Both the position numbers and the translations under genes were made by a program. Source: Felis catus (lineage: Eukaryota). From it: a stretch of DNA of 64,000 bases. The notes under the pieces were generated by a model. It was given only the letters and a program-made list of their open reading frames with translations, searched no databases and was not told where the DNA came from. The stretch lies in contig NC_058368.1 of NCBI RefSeq assembly GCF_018350175.1, forward strand, positions 181,290,001 through 181,354,000, in the 5' to 3' direction. Each line of letters starts with the position of its first letter. Position 1 is the stretch's first letter. Positions 12,728-25,650 of this stretch are shown piece by piece.

Positions 12728-13130
12728 AAAGGTTGATTGTTCTTAAATAAGAAAGGTAGAATATTTTCTTATTTTCTTTTTTTCATGTAGTAAACAATAT
12801 GTATTTTAAAATAATTTAGAAGTTTGGGAATGTAAACGGTCATTGCAGAAGACTAATACCTTGATCTCTGTGACCTGAAAAACTAGCAGTATCACCAATT
12901 CTTAGACAATCAGTAAAACGAAATATCACAAAACAAAAAATTCAAGTTGCCTTAGTTGTGCCTTTTTTTTCAATGATTGCACTTGCAACTCTTGCCATTA
13001 CTGGCACATGTGTATTTACTAAATATTATTCCTGAAAATTTCTTGGAAGATAGGAAATTTTCCATGACTTAAAGAGAGCATTACACTAACCCAGTGGAAG
13101 GTCTCTAAAGCAAAAACCCATTTGCTTGAC

Positions 13131-13156
<26 letters not shown>
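13131..13156 (+). repeat. A26 homopolymer
   Basis: Pure A run with no recognisable retroelement body upstream. Confidence 0.9.
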
Positions 13157-13161
<5 letters not shown>

Positions 13162-15190
13162 TGCCTTTTTAAAGAGGAGGTACATATGGTATAAAATAGG
13201 CTGTTTTCAGAGTTTCTAAAGAGTGGGTTCTTTCAAAAAGGACTTACTCATTTTGCATGAAATTTGGGGAGGTAGGGAAAGCAGAGAAGAGTCTTTAACA
13301 GCAGGAGGCAGATAAACTCGAATTATCTAAATCTTATAAACTTTCACCTATGCAATATGATTCTATACTATTTAAAGTGATTGATATGCTACTAACTGAA
13401 TCACTAGCTAATGTAGCTGAGGTTTTCTACCCTCTGCCACTTCAGAGTGAACTGATAGAGATATCAAAGGAGAGAGAAGAGAGCTTTCTAAGATGGCTCT
13501 GAGGCTAAGAAGAAAAGAAGCTATCAAAATAAGTTTTACATTTTTGCCTAAGGTAAGAAAGGCCTGTGAGAAGAAACCATATGCTTCAAAACACAACTGG
13601 AAACAGCAGAGGGGACAGAGGAATTCTCACTCTTGTACTTGGCTCTGGTAATATTATTCTCTTAGGGAGCAGCCTAAGAATCAACTACAGTATTTTTCTC
13701 AGATGCAACATGACTTATGAACACAGATATTCAGATATTGGAGAATATGTGCCTTTAATATTATCTGCCTGAACCTGATGAACAGATGGCATAAACTAAA
13801 ATCAGCTTACCACAAATAATTATACAAAATGAAAATTAGATGGATGAAACCTAAAATTTGATGCTTTTTATATTAAGTCAAAATTGGAAATAGATAAGCT
13901 CATTTATGTAGCTAATAAATTGAAAGCAGAACATCCATCTTATGTAAAAAGGAATACTCTGAAATGGGAATTAATATCCTAGCGCATAAAGACTTTGAAG
14001 CCCAGTTACCTCCAGCCAGTCTATACTGTGTTTGAAAATGTTTCCCCTAAACGGCACAGGAAAACCTCTGGAACAAAAACATGATTCATAAAAAACACAA
14101 ACCTCTATGTGTGCACACACATGCACATTCATCACAGTACATGTCGTTAATAAAATAACAGAGTTGGAAAAGAATAACGAGTTGGATTTACTTCAATTTA
14201 ATTTATCAGTGCTTATCAGGCACCTACTATGTATAAATTCGTGCTTTAGAATAAGCCACAAAAATAATTATCTACTTGTGGGATTATGCTGAGTAATTTA
14301 AATAATTAAGCACTCTTCTCTTGCCCTGGGATGCTCAAAGTGGTTCCGAGTCCCCATTTGACTAGTGTGTAAAGAAGCAACAAGACACAATGGGACATCT
14401 CTTCCAAGGACATGCCCTACTTTGTACTTCCAAGTTCGAGATTACAGAGTTGTCAACCCAAGAATGAACACCTCTGCTGCATTCTTCCCAGAGACCAGTG
14501 TTACCTCTACTAGAGATGTTATACCCCCAATTTAGGGCACAATGGCTCTCTTCGGTATAACCAGTGAGAGAAAGTAAGACCACTCACAGCTTATTCAAAA
14601 TTCATAATCCAGTTGTTCTTTCTAACCTCCTAAGGACAATAAATTGGTGCCCTCTCATCATCTTGCTACCAGAGACACTTTGCATTATTTTATGGAAAAT
14701 CTATGAAATTGATTTGTAATAAATGTCTGTTGGAGGTCAAGGTGCAGCTAAGTGCAGCTGGGTGTCTTTTGAAAACAAGTCATGGCTGTTGTATACAAAC
14801 AAGCTTGAAACCATAATCACCCTTGAATGATCTCTTGGGTCAATGACAACTTAAAAGCTATATAAACCCAAGGAGATTTGGGGAGGCACAGGACAGCCTT
14901 TAAAAGCAAGAGCCAAATGAACTTGAATTATCAAAGATAACTGGGACAGCAGATTCAGTTAACTTCTTTATCAACTAAAATTAATGTACTGACAAATTAA
15001 AAGCAACAGTGAATTACATGCATTCCATATCTGGCAGAGACATCACTTGGAAAAAAAATAAAAAGAAGATGGATAATGAAATGTTTTATTTTAATGTTCC
15101 CAAGAGATACATTTGAAAAATACACACATATATCAGCAACATGCACATAAGCTATGCCTTTGACATTTAGAAATGAAGCATTTCAACATA

Positions 15191-15679
15191 CAGATCTTCC
15201 GTAACTTAGGACGGGGTTGCATCCTGCTGCAAGTTGAAAATATTTTGAGTCAAAAATTCATTTAATGCATCTAGCCTACTGAATATCATTGTTAGGCTAC
15301 TCTAAGCATACTCAGAACACTTACAGCACCCTACAGTTGAGCACAATCATCTAATACAAAGCCTAATTTATAAAAAAGTGTTAAATATCTTATGTAATTT
15401 ATTGACTACTGTACTAAGAGTGAAAAACAGAATGACTGTATGGGCACAGAATCGTTGTGAGTGTACTGGTTGTTTACTCTCCTAAAAGCGTGGCTAGCTG
15501 GGAGCTGTGGCTGGCTGTCACTGCCAGCATTACGAGAGAGTATCACTGCATATCATTAGCCCCAGAAAAGATCAAAATTCAAAATTCAAAGTACAGTTTC
15601 TACTGAATGCATATGGCTTTCACACCATCATAAAGTCGAAAAATCATAAGTCAAACCATCGTAAGTCACGGACCGTCTG
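15191..15679 (+). mobile_element. TcMar-Tigger DNA transposon fossil (MER47/Tigger5 family)
   Basis: TA-flanked ends cagatcttccgtaactta... and ...cgtaagtcacggaccgtctg; internal ctcagaacacttaca...cctacagttgagcacaatcatctaa typical of MER47. Confidence 0.85.
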
Positions 15680-15751
15680 TACAGGCTTTTTCAGGAAATT
15701 TGATATTTTGATTAGATTGACACAAGATACCTGTTTCCAAGAAGAGCTATA

Positions 15752-16212
15752 CGGTAGTCCCCCTTTATCTGTGGGGGATACGCCCTGAGGCCTTAAGTGG
15801 ATGCCTGAAACTGCAGAAAGTACCAAATGCTATATATCCTATGTTTTTTTTTTCCTATACATACATAGCTATGTTAAAGTTTACTTTATAAATGAGGTTC
15901 GATAAGAGATGAAAAAATAACTAATAATAAAATAGAATGATTAAATCCATATACTGTTATGTGGGTGTGGTCTGTATCTCTCTTTATATCCTATCGTATT
16001 ATACTCAGCCTTCTTGCGATAATATGAGACGATAAAATGCCTATGTGATGAACTCAAGTGAGGTGAATGACGTAGGCACTGTGGTGTAGTGTCGGGCTAC
16101 TACTGACCTTCCGACAAGATGTCAGAGGGGGGATCATCTGCTTCCAAACTGTACTTGACCATGGGTTACTGAAACTGCAGAAAATGAAAGCAGAGGTAAG
16201 GAGAGACTGCTA
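15752..16212 (-). mobile_element. TcMar-Tigger fossil (MER44-like)
   Basis: TA-flanked degenerate TIRs cggtagtcccccttta... and ...taaggagagactgcta; internal gtggatgcctgaaactgcag and ttgaccatgggttactgaaac as in MER44. Confidence 0.85.
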
Positions 16213-16432
16213 TACAGGCTTTTCATTTTAAAGCTCCAAACAGAACCCAAATGATAAAGTGTATATTTTGAGTTTGACTACTCAGAAATTCCTTTGTTCT
16301 GGTGTTTACTCAGTGAATAAGGAACTCTATGTAATAGGAATTTCTTTGGTTTCTCAAAAGAAAAAAAATCAACATTAATGAGTTCATGTAACACTTGGGA
16401 AGATGGCATGAATATAAGAACAGATAATTTGA

Positions 16433-16649
16433 GGGGAGCCTGGGTGGCTCAGTCAGTTAAGTGACTGACTTGGGCTCAGGTCATGATCTCACGGTTCCTG
16501 AGTTTTAGCCCTGCATCAGGCTCTTCCAGCAGAGAGCCTGCTTTGAATTCTGTCTCCGTATCTCTTTGCCCCTCCCTCACTCACACTTGCGCACACATGC
16601 ACTCTCTCTCAAAAATAAACATACATACATACATACATAACATACATAC
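16433..16649 (+). mobile_element. Can-SINE with tail converted to (ACAT)n
   Basis: ggggagcctgggtggctcagtcagttaag...; 17-bp TSD ataagaacagataattt at 16414-16430 and 16650-16666. Confidence 0.95.
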
Positions 16650-16774
16650 ATAAGAACAGATAATTTTGAGAATTAGAAAGGTTAGAAAGGGACCTATGGA
16701 TTAATTTATGATCATACATTGCTTTGTGCCATACTACTATAGGCCAAAAACACAGATTCTATTTTTCAGGGGGT

Positions 16775-17348
16775 GTGTCAGGAAGGATTGCAGTTGACAT
16801 ATTCAATCTTCCTCTATCAGCATTCCAGTTCTCTTTGAAGAAGCTTCTCTTCTCCAACTTTAGCCAACACTGTTTGGGAGGGGATGATTCTATAGCAGAT
16901 CCCTGTCATAGACATTTAACCCAAGTCTAGATGATCATAATCATTATAGTTCTGGGATTAAAAGTGCCTAAAACCAAGCCAATTAGAGGGCTCGCTGGAG
17001 CTATGGTAGAATATAGCTTTTATGTTACCTTTGCTGGAATCCCAGATATAAGTCAGCCTGAGAACAAAGGTAACAGCAGAAAACAGAATCCATATCTGGG
17101 TGGGTAGGAGAGAGATAAGAAGGGAAGGAGAGAGAAGAGGGAGAGAGGGAGAGAGGGAAAGAAGAAAGATCAAGAAATTCTTGGTATCGTTGTTCTTTGA
17201 ACCCCAGTATTTAAACCGTGCCTGAAGCCATCCATATTCACTCCTTGATCTTCCTAATTACATGAGCCAACAAATTCTCTTTCATGTTTATGCTAGTTTG
17301 AACTGCAGTTCCCCTCATTTGAAACAGTAAACATCCTGACCAGTATAG
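16775..17348 (+). mobile_element. ERVL-MaLR solo LTR (old MLT1, J/K/L-like)
   Basis: 3' part gtgcctgaagcca...ttacatgagccaacaaattctctt...gctagtttgaact...catcctgaccagtata matches the MLT1 3' end; 5' boundary approximate. Confidence 0.75.
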
Positions 17349-18029
17349 CTATGCAGGTTTGAGAGTGTGTAGTATGCTTGTCGAAAAGGAAAGAGAATGT
17401 TCCCACCCTCATCAGCTTTCCAAGAACAAATTCTGTTCTTGTATTACCGAGGAATCACTCAAGGGCATTGCACTTACTCCCCTGCCATTCCTTTAATATA
17501 CCTTTCTTGGTGATCCCCTGTGACCCTGTAATATGATTATGGACGTTGATGATTTACAAGAAGTGAAAATTCAATTGGAATGATTCAAAGTGACTTTGAT
17601 AAACTACAATCTGGGGGACATGCGTATTTTTAAAATACACATTTTCATTGATTACCTATGTCCCTAAGCAGTGAAGAGATAGCAAATTATAAAGCTTAAA
17701 ACCGTTACAGACAGGGATGGAGGAAGACTTTAAAACATGTTATAATTGGTTGGAGAATGATTCACCTAGTGAATATTCCAAAATGAATCAGAGTTCCTAC
17801 ATACCAAAAGATCCATTTCCCTTTTGAAATTTACATAGAAGAAAATTGAATGCATAGATGAGTGGACGACTGAACTGAGTTTGATGTTTCTGCATTGACT
17901 CAATTCATGACTCTAGTCCCTAAATTACCCATTCTTTTGATCCTGAATTAAGGGCAAATTTGGACTCTAGGGCATATTCTCTCTCTGGCCTGTGAACTAC
18001 ATGAGGATAAAAGAGATAAAAGGAATCTT

Positions 18030-18140
18030 GCTGAGATTCTAATTTAATGACTTCTCTTAGAAACGAAGAAACTGAGGTACAGAAAGTTTCAATATGATTT
18101 GTCCAGAGTCCTGCAACCAGGTAATGATAGAATCCTTCAG
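18030..18140 (-). mobile_element. MIR fragment
   Basis: gaagaaactgaggtacagaaag...tgatttgtccagagtc, reverse MIR core. Confidence 0.55.
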
Positions 18141-19637
18141 AACTTTCCTGTCCTTTGTTCTGCTAATGAGATTCAGAGATGTTCAGAATGCTGTGTTTCA
18201 TTACCAAGGGAAAAAGATGGATATGTCTTTTACTCAAACAATAAGTGACTGGGCATACTTAACAATTTTTTCTTCAATTAGAGGAGAAGACAGATAGGTG
18301 GAAGATGGGTTTTCTGGGACAAAAAGAGTGGGCCATTTCAAGAAAACAAATGCATTAGAAAGAGAATTTTTGAATCTCTATATGAGCTGGAAAGCTTTTA
18401 ATACTCTATTTTTAAAAAAATCATTTAACCTGTTGTTCCCAGCTTCTATTTTATTCAGTTGTATAAAATATATTGCCAAATTCTCTCGCTCTCTGGGCTG
18501 TTTTCAATTTCTCACCCCACTTTTCTTGTGCTCTCTCTCTTCCACTATCCATGGAAATCTGACACGCTGTCAGAAAGCACACCTTCTCATTCCGCTCCCC
18601 CCTCACCTAAAGAAATTCATTTGCGTTTCCACAGCTGCCATATTGGTCTCTGACAATATGAATCTGAACTTGCTAACGGTGAATTTGATTTAATATCAGC
18701 ACAGATGTGTGCAGCTAAATAGATCCATGCATCAGGGTTCTAATATGGGAAGGCCATTTTGAATGAGGTATACCTAAATTTCAGTTCTCACATTATACTA
18801 TCAGCACACATTGGTGGTTACCAAGGTAGTAGAAATTTACAGCATATCTGGTCCTAGTCTCATTTTAGCCACAAACTGGCTCTGTCACCCTGAGCACCCA
18901 TATCTTTCCTCTGGATTTCTATTCCCAACTATAACTGAAGAGGTTAAAGTGGGCATTTTATTGACTCATAAATCTGAAAAATACGTGGGGAATTCCTACT
19001 ATATCTTTGACATATTCATTAGTGAGAGAAGATAAGAGAGCCACAATGCAAACTTCCGTTATGGAACCTTCAAGTTTAAGATCACATCAATCCCTAATTT
19101 TCAGTGCATTCTTGTTTATAAAGAGCCAGCTGTTTAGGATTTTTTTTTTAATTTTTGGAAGAAAAAAAAAAGGCCATCCTACTAAGAAGCCAGAAGCAAG
19201 CACGTAACAGATTTGAGCTAGTATTTTCAATTCTATTAGATGGTTTATTAAACCCAACAGTTATTTTTTCATAAGTCACTAATATACTTCTTCAAAGAAC
19301 TATGTTGGCAAGGCTTTATGCTCTGATTTAATTCTTTTTAAGCCATAGAAAAAGCTATCACCTCCCCTCCCCAAATTTTGAGGAAATGTTCACTGACTGC
19401 AGCCTTAGGAAAAACACTTGCTATCTGGTGCCTGCTCCCAAAAGCACCCTTGAGAAAGGAGATGTTATCCTAGGGGTTCTCAGACAAGAGCAAGAATAAA
19501 GGAATAAAGCACAATAGGATTGGGGTAGTGACCTGGGCTATTCTTTTCAGTTTTCCTTATTTCAATATAGAATACCTAACTTCAGAGACTGGTCTTCACA
19601 CAGAGAAAACAAACATTAAAAATAATAAGTAGAAGAA

Positions 19638-19663
19638 GATCCTGAAAGCAGGATCCTGAAAGC
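19638..19663. repeat. Short tandem duplication, 14-bp period
   Basis: gatcctgaaagc at 19638-19649 and 19652-19663. Confidence 0.75.
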
Positions 19664-20447
19664 CCAGGTACCTGAACCATGAAGACAAAGACCCTTTGCA
19701 TAGTTTCCAATCGTTCCTCTCTGGCACCACACTGTCTAGTCATATAAAGCTGTAATTGAAACCATGTGGTGTGTGCACAGGACTCATTACAGGCTTCTCC
19801 AGAGTAATCTCATAGCAGAGTCCTGTGGGGAGTCTCTGACAATCTTGGGGTCAAGATATTGTCACTTAAATATGTGAAATGACACACGAACTTGTTTCCT
19901 CGGGGAAAACGAAACTGGTTTGAATTTAGTGTGTGTGGATAAATACTCCTGTCCCCAAGTACATGTTTATGATTTTATTGACATCCTCTATGGAAGAGGA
20001 AATACATTTTATGAAACAGTTTAGTGATTCATTTCACAATATAAAAGGCAGCCATTATAATAACGCTCAAAATGGTGATTTTTAAAATAAAAAATAGGAA
20101 ATCCTAAATTCTCGCAAAATATTACATTAACAACGGATATCACCACATTAAAGAGTCAGAACAGTGAAATATGATGTGATATTAATAGTAATATCCCACA
20201 GAGAAACATCCTTAGCTTTTGACTAATAAGTCATACCACCCATTAAGGTATCTAATTTAGCACAGAGCAAAAGTCATGAAAACCAAGCCGAGTTAAGGCA
20301 GCCTGAGAACAAGGCAAAGTTGAGAACACATGTTCTGCTTCAAACCTGAGTCCCCCTCATGAGCAGAGATCATATGCTGCCTCAGAGCTACTTCCTTTCT
20401 TCCTGAATGCTCCCAGTATCAACTATTTCTTAAGAATTACCAGCCTA

Positions 20448-20690
20448 GGGGCGCCTGGGTGGCTCAGTGCGTTGAGCGTCCGACTTCGGCTCAAGTCATG
20501 ATCTCGCATTCTGTGAGTTCGAGCCGCGCATCAGGCTCTGTGTTGACAGCTTGGAGCCTGAAGCCCACTTCGGATTCTGTGTCTCCCTCTCTCTCTGCCC
20601 CTCCCCTTCTCATGCTCTGTCTCTGTCTCTCTCTCTCTCTGTCAAAAATAAATAAACATTAAAAAAATTTAAAAATATTAAAAAAAAAAA
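20448..20690 (+). mobile_element. Can-SINE (feliform type, CpG-rich, probably young)
   Basis: ggggcgcctgggtggctcagtgcgttgagcgtccgacttcggctc; long A tail; TSD aagaattaccagcctag. Confidence 0.97.
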
Positions 20691-20708
20691 AAGAATTACC
20701 AGCCTAGA

Positions 20709-20956
20709 GTGGTGCCTTGGTGGCTCAGTCGGGTAAGCGGCATCTAACTTACCACTCAGACATGATCACATGAGACATGTGGTTTGTGAGTTCAAGCCCC
20801 ACATTGGGCTCTGTGCCGACAGCTCAGAGCCTGGAGCCTGCTTCAGATTCTGTGTCTCCCTCTCTCTCTCTGCCCTTCCCCTGCTTGCACTCTGTCTCTC
20901 TGTCTCTCTCGCTCGCTTGCTCAAAAATAAACAAACATTAAAAAAAAAAAAAGGAA
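20709..20956 (+). mobile_element. Can-SINE (feliform type), in tandem with the previous copy
   Basis: gtggtgccttggtggctcagtcggg...gctctgtgccgacagctcagagcctggagcctgct; TSD aagaattaccagcctaga. Confidence 0.96.
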
Positions 20957-21069
20957 AAGAATTACCAGCCTAGAAAAACCCAGAGACTTCAGAATAGAAG
21001 TATACATATACGGAAAAGTCAAATAACAGCATATAGTCCTGAAAGCCTTACTTGCTACATCCACTCCTC

Positions 21070-21560
21070 ATATATTCAAGAAATATTTACTGCACATCAA
21101 ATGAAAGATAGAGTTTCTTGGTGCAAGTGAAGTAACGGGAAATTGGACAAGGTCCTTGCTCTCGTGGGACTTATATTCTAGGAGGAGAGAGATTATTAAC
21201 AGGGGCGCAAACAAGACATATTTTGAAAATAATGAGCTTCAAGTAAAATAAAACAAGAAAATATGATTGCATGTGTTAAGGGAGGAAGAAACCAAGAAGA
21301 GACATGGGAGTTGTTTGATCGAAAGAAGTCTCCAGAAAAGTGAGGAAGAGTGTTCCAATCATAGGGAAAAGTAAGGAAAAGCAAGTATGAAGTCCCCTGG
21401 GCTAAAAATTAGCTTGCATTTTTTGAGGAGAATATAAAGAGTGTTTTATATTATATATAAAAATAGTTTTTAAAGAGTGAGCAAAAGGAAGAGGTGATAT
21501 ATTTGAAGTTAGAGAAGTACATAAGGGCCAGGACATGAAGATATTTGGAAGCTATTATGA
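21070..21560 (-). mobile_element. L2 3' end fragment
   Basis: attcaagaaatatttactgcac...gacaaggtccttgctctcgtgggacttatattctag, reverse of an L2a 3' end. Confidence 0.7.
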
Positions 21561-23920
21561 ACTCCTTTTGCTATCCTTCCTTCCATCCATCTATGCAACT
21601 ACATGCTTTCTTATGGACAAAGAGAATATTTTATTTTTTCTTAATGAAAATAAGGCTCAACTCAGTATTCGTCTGAATTATAAAATATCAAAATACCAAA
21701 GAATTTTTATACAAACACACATGCGTGTGTATACACACACATACAAACACATCTTTCCTGTGTATGCACTCAAACACAAATGTAGCCAAGCTTAGCTGTT
21801 ATTAAAGTCAGGAAAGTAACCTTCAATCCTGTTGAGCTATTGTGTCTGCAAAGGGTCTGGAGCCACCACACATGGGAGCCTGGGAGCATCCCACCCACCT
21901 TCACCTCCTGCTCGCCATAAATCCTCATTATCATGTTGTCAGCACCGGAGTCTCTTAACCTTTTCAGTGCCCAGGCTGACAGGCAGGATCTGCTTATTAA
22001 TTTGCCAATGCTTCATTTCACTGCTGTCTGAAACACCAAACTCTCTCTCTCATCCCAAAGACCAGTACTAAGTACCCCACTAAAAGCAGTGAGCAAATGC
22101 CACAGCACTGCCTTTTTTGTGTGTTTGTTTTTTGTTTTTTAAGCTTTTACATCTAAATTGGCCACATCACAATTTTAGTTGGGAAACTGATTTGGAAATG
22201 TCTATTTTCCCACACCTGTGAAACACATATAAATGTCTTATCAGGTAAGAAGGTGCAGATAGAATTCTTTTATGGATTAAAGACAATTAGGATACATATG
22301 GAAGTGAAGCATCTTTACAAATGGTGAACTCTTGTGTTTTTTTTTCTTTTTTCTTTTTCTTTTCTTTTTGCATTGATCTGCTACTGAGAGTAGGCTCAGA
22401 AGCATAAGAACTTGGTTAGTAAATCTCTTCTGATCATCCTTCAGCTGCCATGGGAACTCATATGTACGTTTACCACCTTGCATTATAAAGTGATATTACT
22501 GAAATTAAGGAATTCTAGTTTGTATTTACTTGAGCATGTAAACTTTCTTGATACATTTCTGCAAAACCAGTTTCTCTGATAATAAATGCATTTAATTTTC
22601 ATTCTAACATGGTATGCATTGCTCCCTGGTGCTATGTGTTGGCTGACAACATCAGCTTTTGCACATCCCTAATCAAATTTTGTCTAACAAAAAGCTGAAC
22701 TAAGCATATTTGTTTTCCTATTTATAGCAGCATGTGCTTACATAACATATGAGAAAGCAAGATTTTTTAAAAAAAATGATCCAAATCTTAAAATGCATCC
22801 ATTATGTTTAGTTTAAATAAAAGCTATGTTCTCCCATTAAACAAGAATATTAAAAACAATTGGAGACAGACAGAAGCTTATTGCTCATTTTCCAACCAGT
22901 ATAATCACTGTGTTCATCCACAATAAAATAGAACAGCAGGCAGAAATTTATTGCTCCTGGGGAAAATTTGCTTCCTCACCCTCCCCGTTTGCACAATTGC
23001 CCTGGCACTGCTCCCTTCTCACATGCACCGTGTCTTTGGTAGCACTAGTACAGTAATGAATTATTACAATGCAGCCGGTGGGGGGGGGGCAGGCCATTGT
23101 GCTGCATATAAGCAGTGATTTTGCCGTATCAATAATTCTGACTGCCACTGGGAACCACTGTAGCTGAAACAGATGTTTCATGTTGATAAGTAGGGACTGG
23201 GAAAGGAATTTTTATCCCACTGTTCATTTTTCTCTATTTCCACTACCCATACCTGGCAGCAGCTCCTCTAGTACAGCTGTCTCTTGCAAGCCAATCTGTT
23301 CAATCCAGGCTCCTAGGTCTCATTGCATAAATCAAACCCAGCCCTGGACAAGCCACAATCTCAGAGTACCCTTGCTGCTTTTCTCGGTGGAAACGCCTCT
23401 GTCACAATGAGAGACGCTGGGCCAATTGTGCTTAAATTAGTGCATTGTCACAATACATTAAGAAAGACAGCAAGGGTAGGAGTTTTTTGTTTTTTGTTTT
23501 TTTTTGAATTCTGCATTAACTGCTTTGTACAGAGAGTCACATATGTGGCATTTTGCACAAGGCGTTCACCTTCAAATGAAGCATTTGGGAGAAAGCCCAG
23601 AATTTTCGTGGGGAAGCAGTTCCATGTGATTCCAGTCAGGTCAGGCACTAGTTTGCAAAGCATTCCCAGGTCCCTTTTAACGGAAATAAAATTTTACTGG
23701 CTCAGCCTCAGGTCAGAGATGCTAGCTCAACTATGGGTTGTAACACCTTGGTAGCTTGGTGAGGATCAAAATTCTTGCTAAGTTAACTAGAAAAAATAAA
23801 AGCCAACCAAACACTCAGGTCCAAACTATTGTAACATTCTTTAATGTAGACTAATTTAAATTCAATTTTATCTTACTTAAATAACTTAAGTACATGTCAT
23901 ACAGTAATCATTTAAAGCAG

Positions 23921-24128
23921 TTACCATTTATTTAGTATTACAGGCCAGGGATAGTGCCAAATTCTTAACACATGTTGCCTTATTTAACTCTCACGATCAT
24001 CTTTGGGGCAGGATTTTTTATAGCCATTTCATGTAGTAAGAAATTAGAGAGGTTCTCAGGCTTACCTAGGACTACACCACGTAAGCTATAAAACCAGGTC
24101 TCATATGTTCTAAAGCCCACCCTCTTGT
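23921..24128 (-). mobile_element. MIR
   Basis: accatttatttag...ttatttaactctcac...gtaagaaattagagaggtt...ttctaaagcccac. Confidence 0.65.
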
Positions 24129-24142
24129 CCACTTGTTAATTC

Positions 24143-24356
24143 TTTTTTTTTTAAGTTTTATTTATTTTTTTTTAAGAAAGAGGGAATAGGGGAGGGGCAG
24201 AGAGAGAGAGAGAGAGGGAGAGGGAGAGAATCCCAAGCAGCCTCTGCACTATCAGCACAGAGTCCGATGTGGGGCTCGAACTCACGAACTGTGAGATCAT
24301 GACCTGAGCCAAAGTCAGACATGTAAATGATTGAGCCACCCAGGTGCCCCCCCCCC
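24143..24356 (-). mobile_element. Can-SINE
   Basis: Reverse SINEC with an expanded C run at the head; TSD cca(c/t)ttgtt(a/g)attc at 24129-24142 and 24357-24370. Confidence 0.95.
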
Positions 24357-25474
24357 CCATTTGTTGATTCAGGTCCCTGTGAATAATATCGCTGTGTGTG
24401 TGCGCATGTGCATTTTAAAGGTTGAGATGGGATGAATGAAAAAACTAGGATGGCTGTTGTCACAGAAGTTACACATCGAATAGGTATCAACTCTTCAAAA
24501 AGTTTAGGTGTTCACTGAATAACTTTTACATTGTTGCATGCCTGAAGATCGTCACAATAAAAAGTTGGAGAATTATTAGTGATAACAGTTTAGGCCAAAT
24601 GTGAATGAAGGAAGGTGAAGTCAGTTTTCTGGACTGTGTGAAAAACTCTGCTGGTGGAGAACAGTGTACCAGGTCTGAGTCATATATTTAGGATGGCATA
24701 AGAAATTAACACACTTTAACTGGTTCAGGAGAAGTGTGGAGAGAGCTTTAAATCACAAACTTTCCAAACTGGAAGGCAGAGTGATTTAAATGATGCCAAA
24801 CAAACAGAGGAAATGGGGCAAAGTGCCACTATCTATATTTGCAAATCTCTTCTGGGCTTTAGAGGTAGGGCACCAGGAGGGATGCTGAAGTGGACTAGAC
24901 ATATTCTTTTTTTCAGTCTAGTCTGAATGGATCCAGTCAATAAACAAAAAATGAGGTAAATGGATTTTCAGTGTCCCTTCAATTTTTGGAGTCCAAAGCT
25001 GGGAGGGTGGGGGAGGAACCTCAGCAAAAAGCAGAATTCAAAGTGTTTATGTATAGTTTTTTCATTGCAACTCAAATCATTTTTATTTAAATATCAGTCA
25101 TTAATTAATATTGGCAAAACCTGGTTACATGGAAACAGGAAGAATCTATACTCCGATTGCTCAGCTTATCACTAGACCAGCAGCTGAAGATGTCCACCAA
25201 ACCCCAGGGAAGATTAAACGTTTCACCACAACATTATTATTTACAATGGCACCATTTAGCCACGGCAATTAGCATGTACATAAGCACTGAGAAGAAACCA
25301 GGCCAGACTGAACAGACTGCAGTCAAGAGTCCTAAAATGAAATGGCTTCTCTCCATTTTTCTTTATGCTCCATTTGTGGTGTCCGGACGAGGGATAGTTT
25401 GGGCAGCCACAGCATGGAGTATGCAACATCCCAGCCAACATACTCAGTCTCCTGAACCAGGCAAGCAATAGCTA

Positions 25475-25650
25475 AGGAGTTGGAAAATCATGGGTTTTGG
25501 ACTCTAAAGACCCTTTGAACTCTGCACAATTCCAGGTTAGAAACTTGGCCTCTCTACGTTTTTCACCTGTAAAATGGGGATGATAAGACCTGCCTTGTAG
25601 AGTTGTGGAGATCATAAAATATACATACAAGGTCCTCTTGACAACTGCTT
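25475..25650 (+). mobile_element. MIR fragment
   Basis: tttcacctgtaaaatggggatgataagacctgccttgtagagttgtggagat, MIR core. Confidence 0.7.

Noticed and set aside
18298..18693. 131-aa ORF
   Set aside because: GTG start, composition typical of non-coding AT-rich DNA, no recognisable homology
20448..20530. Pol III A/B-box, tRNA-like sequences
   Set aside because: SINE heads, not tRNA genes
23323..23754. Longest ORF in the track (143 aa)
   Set aside because: Non-ATG start, crosses a T-rich low-complexity tract, no recognisable domain or exon structure
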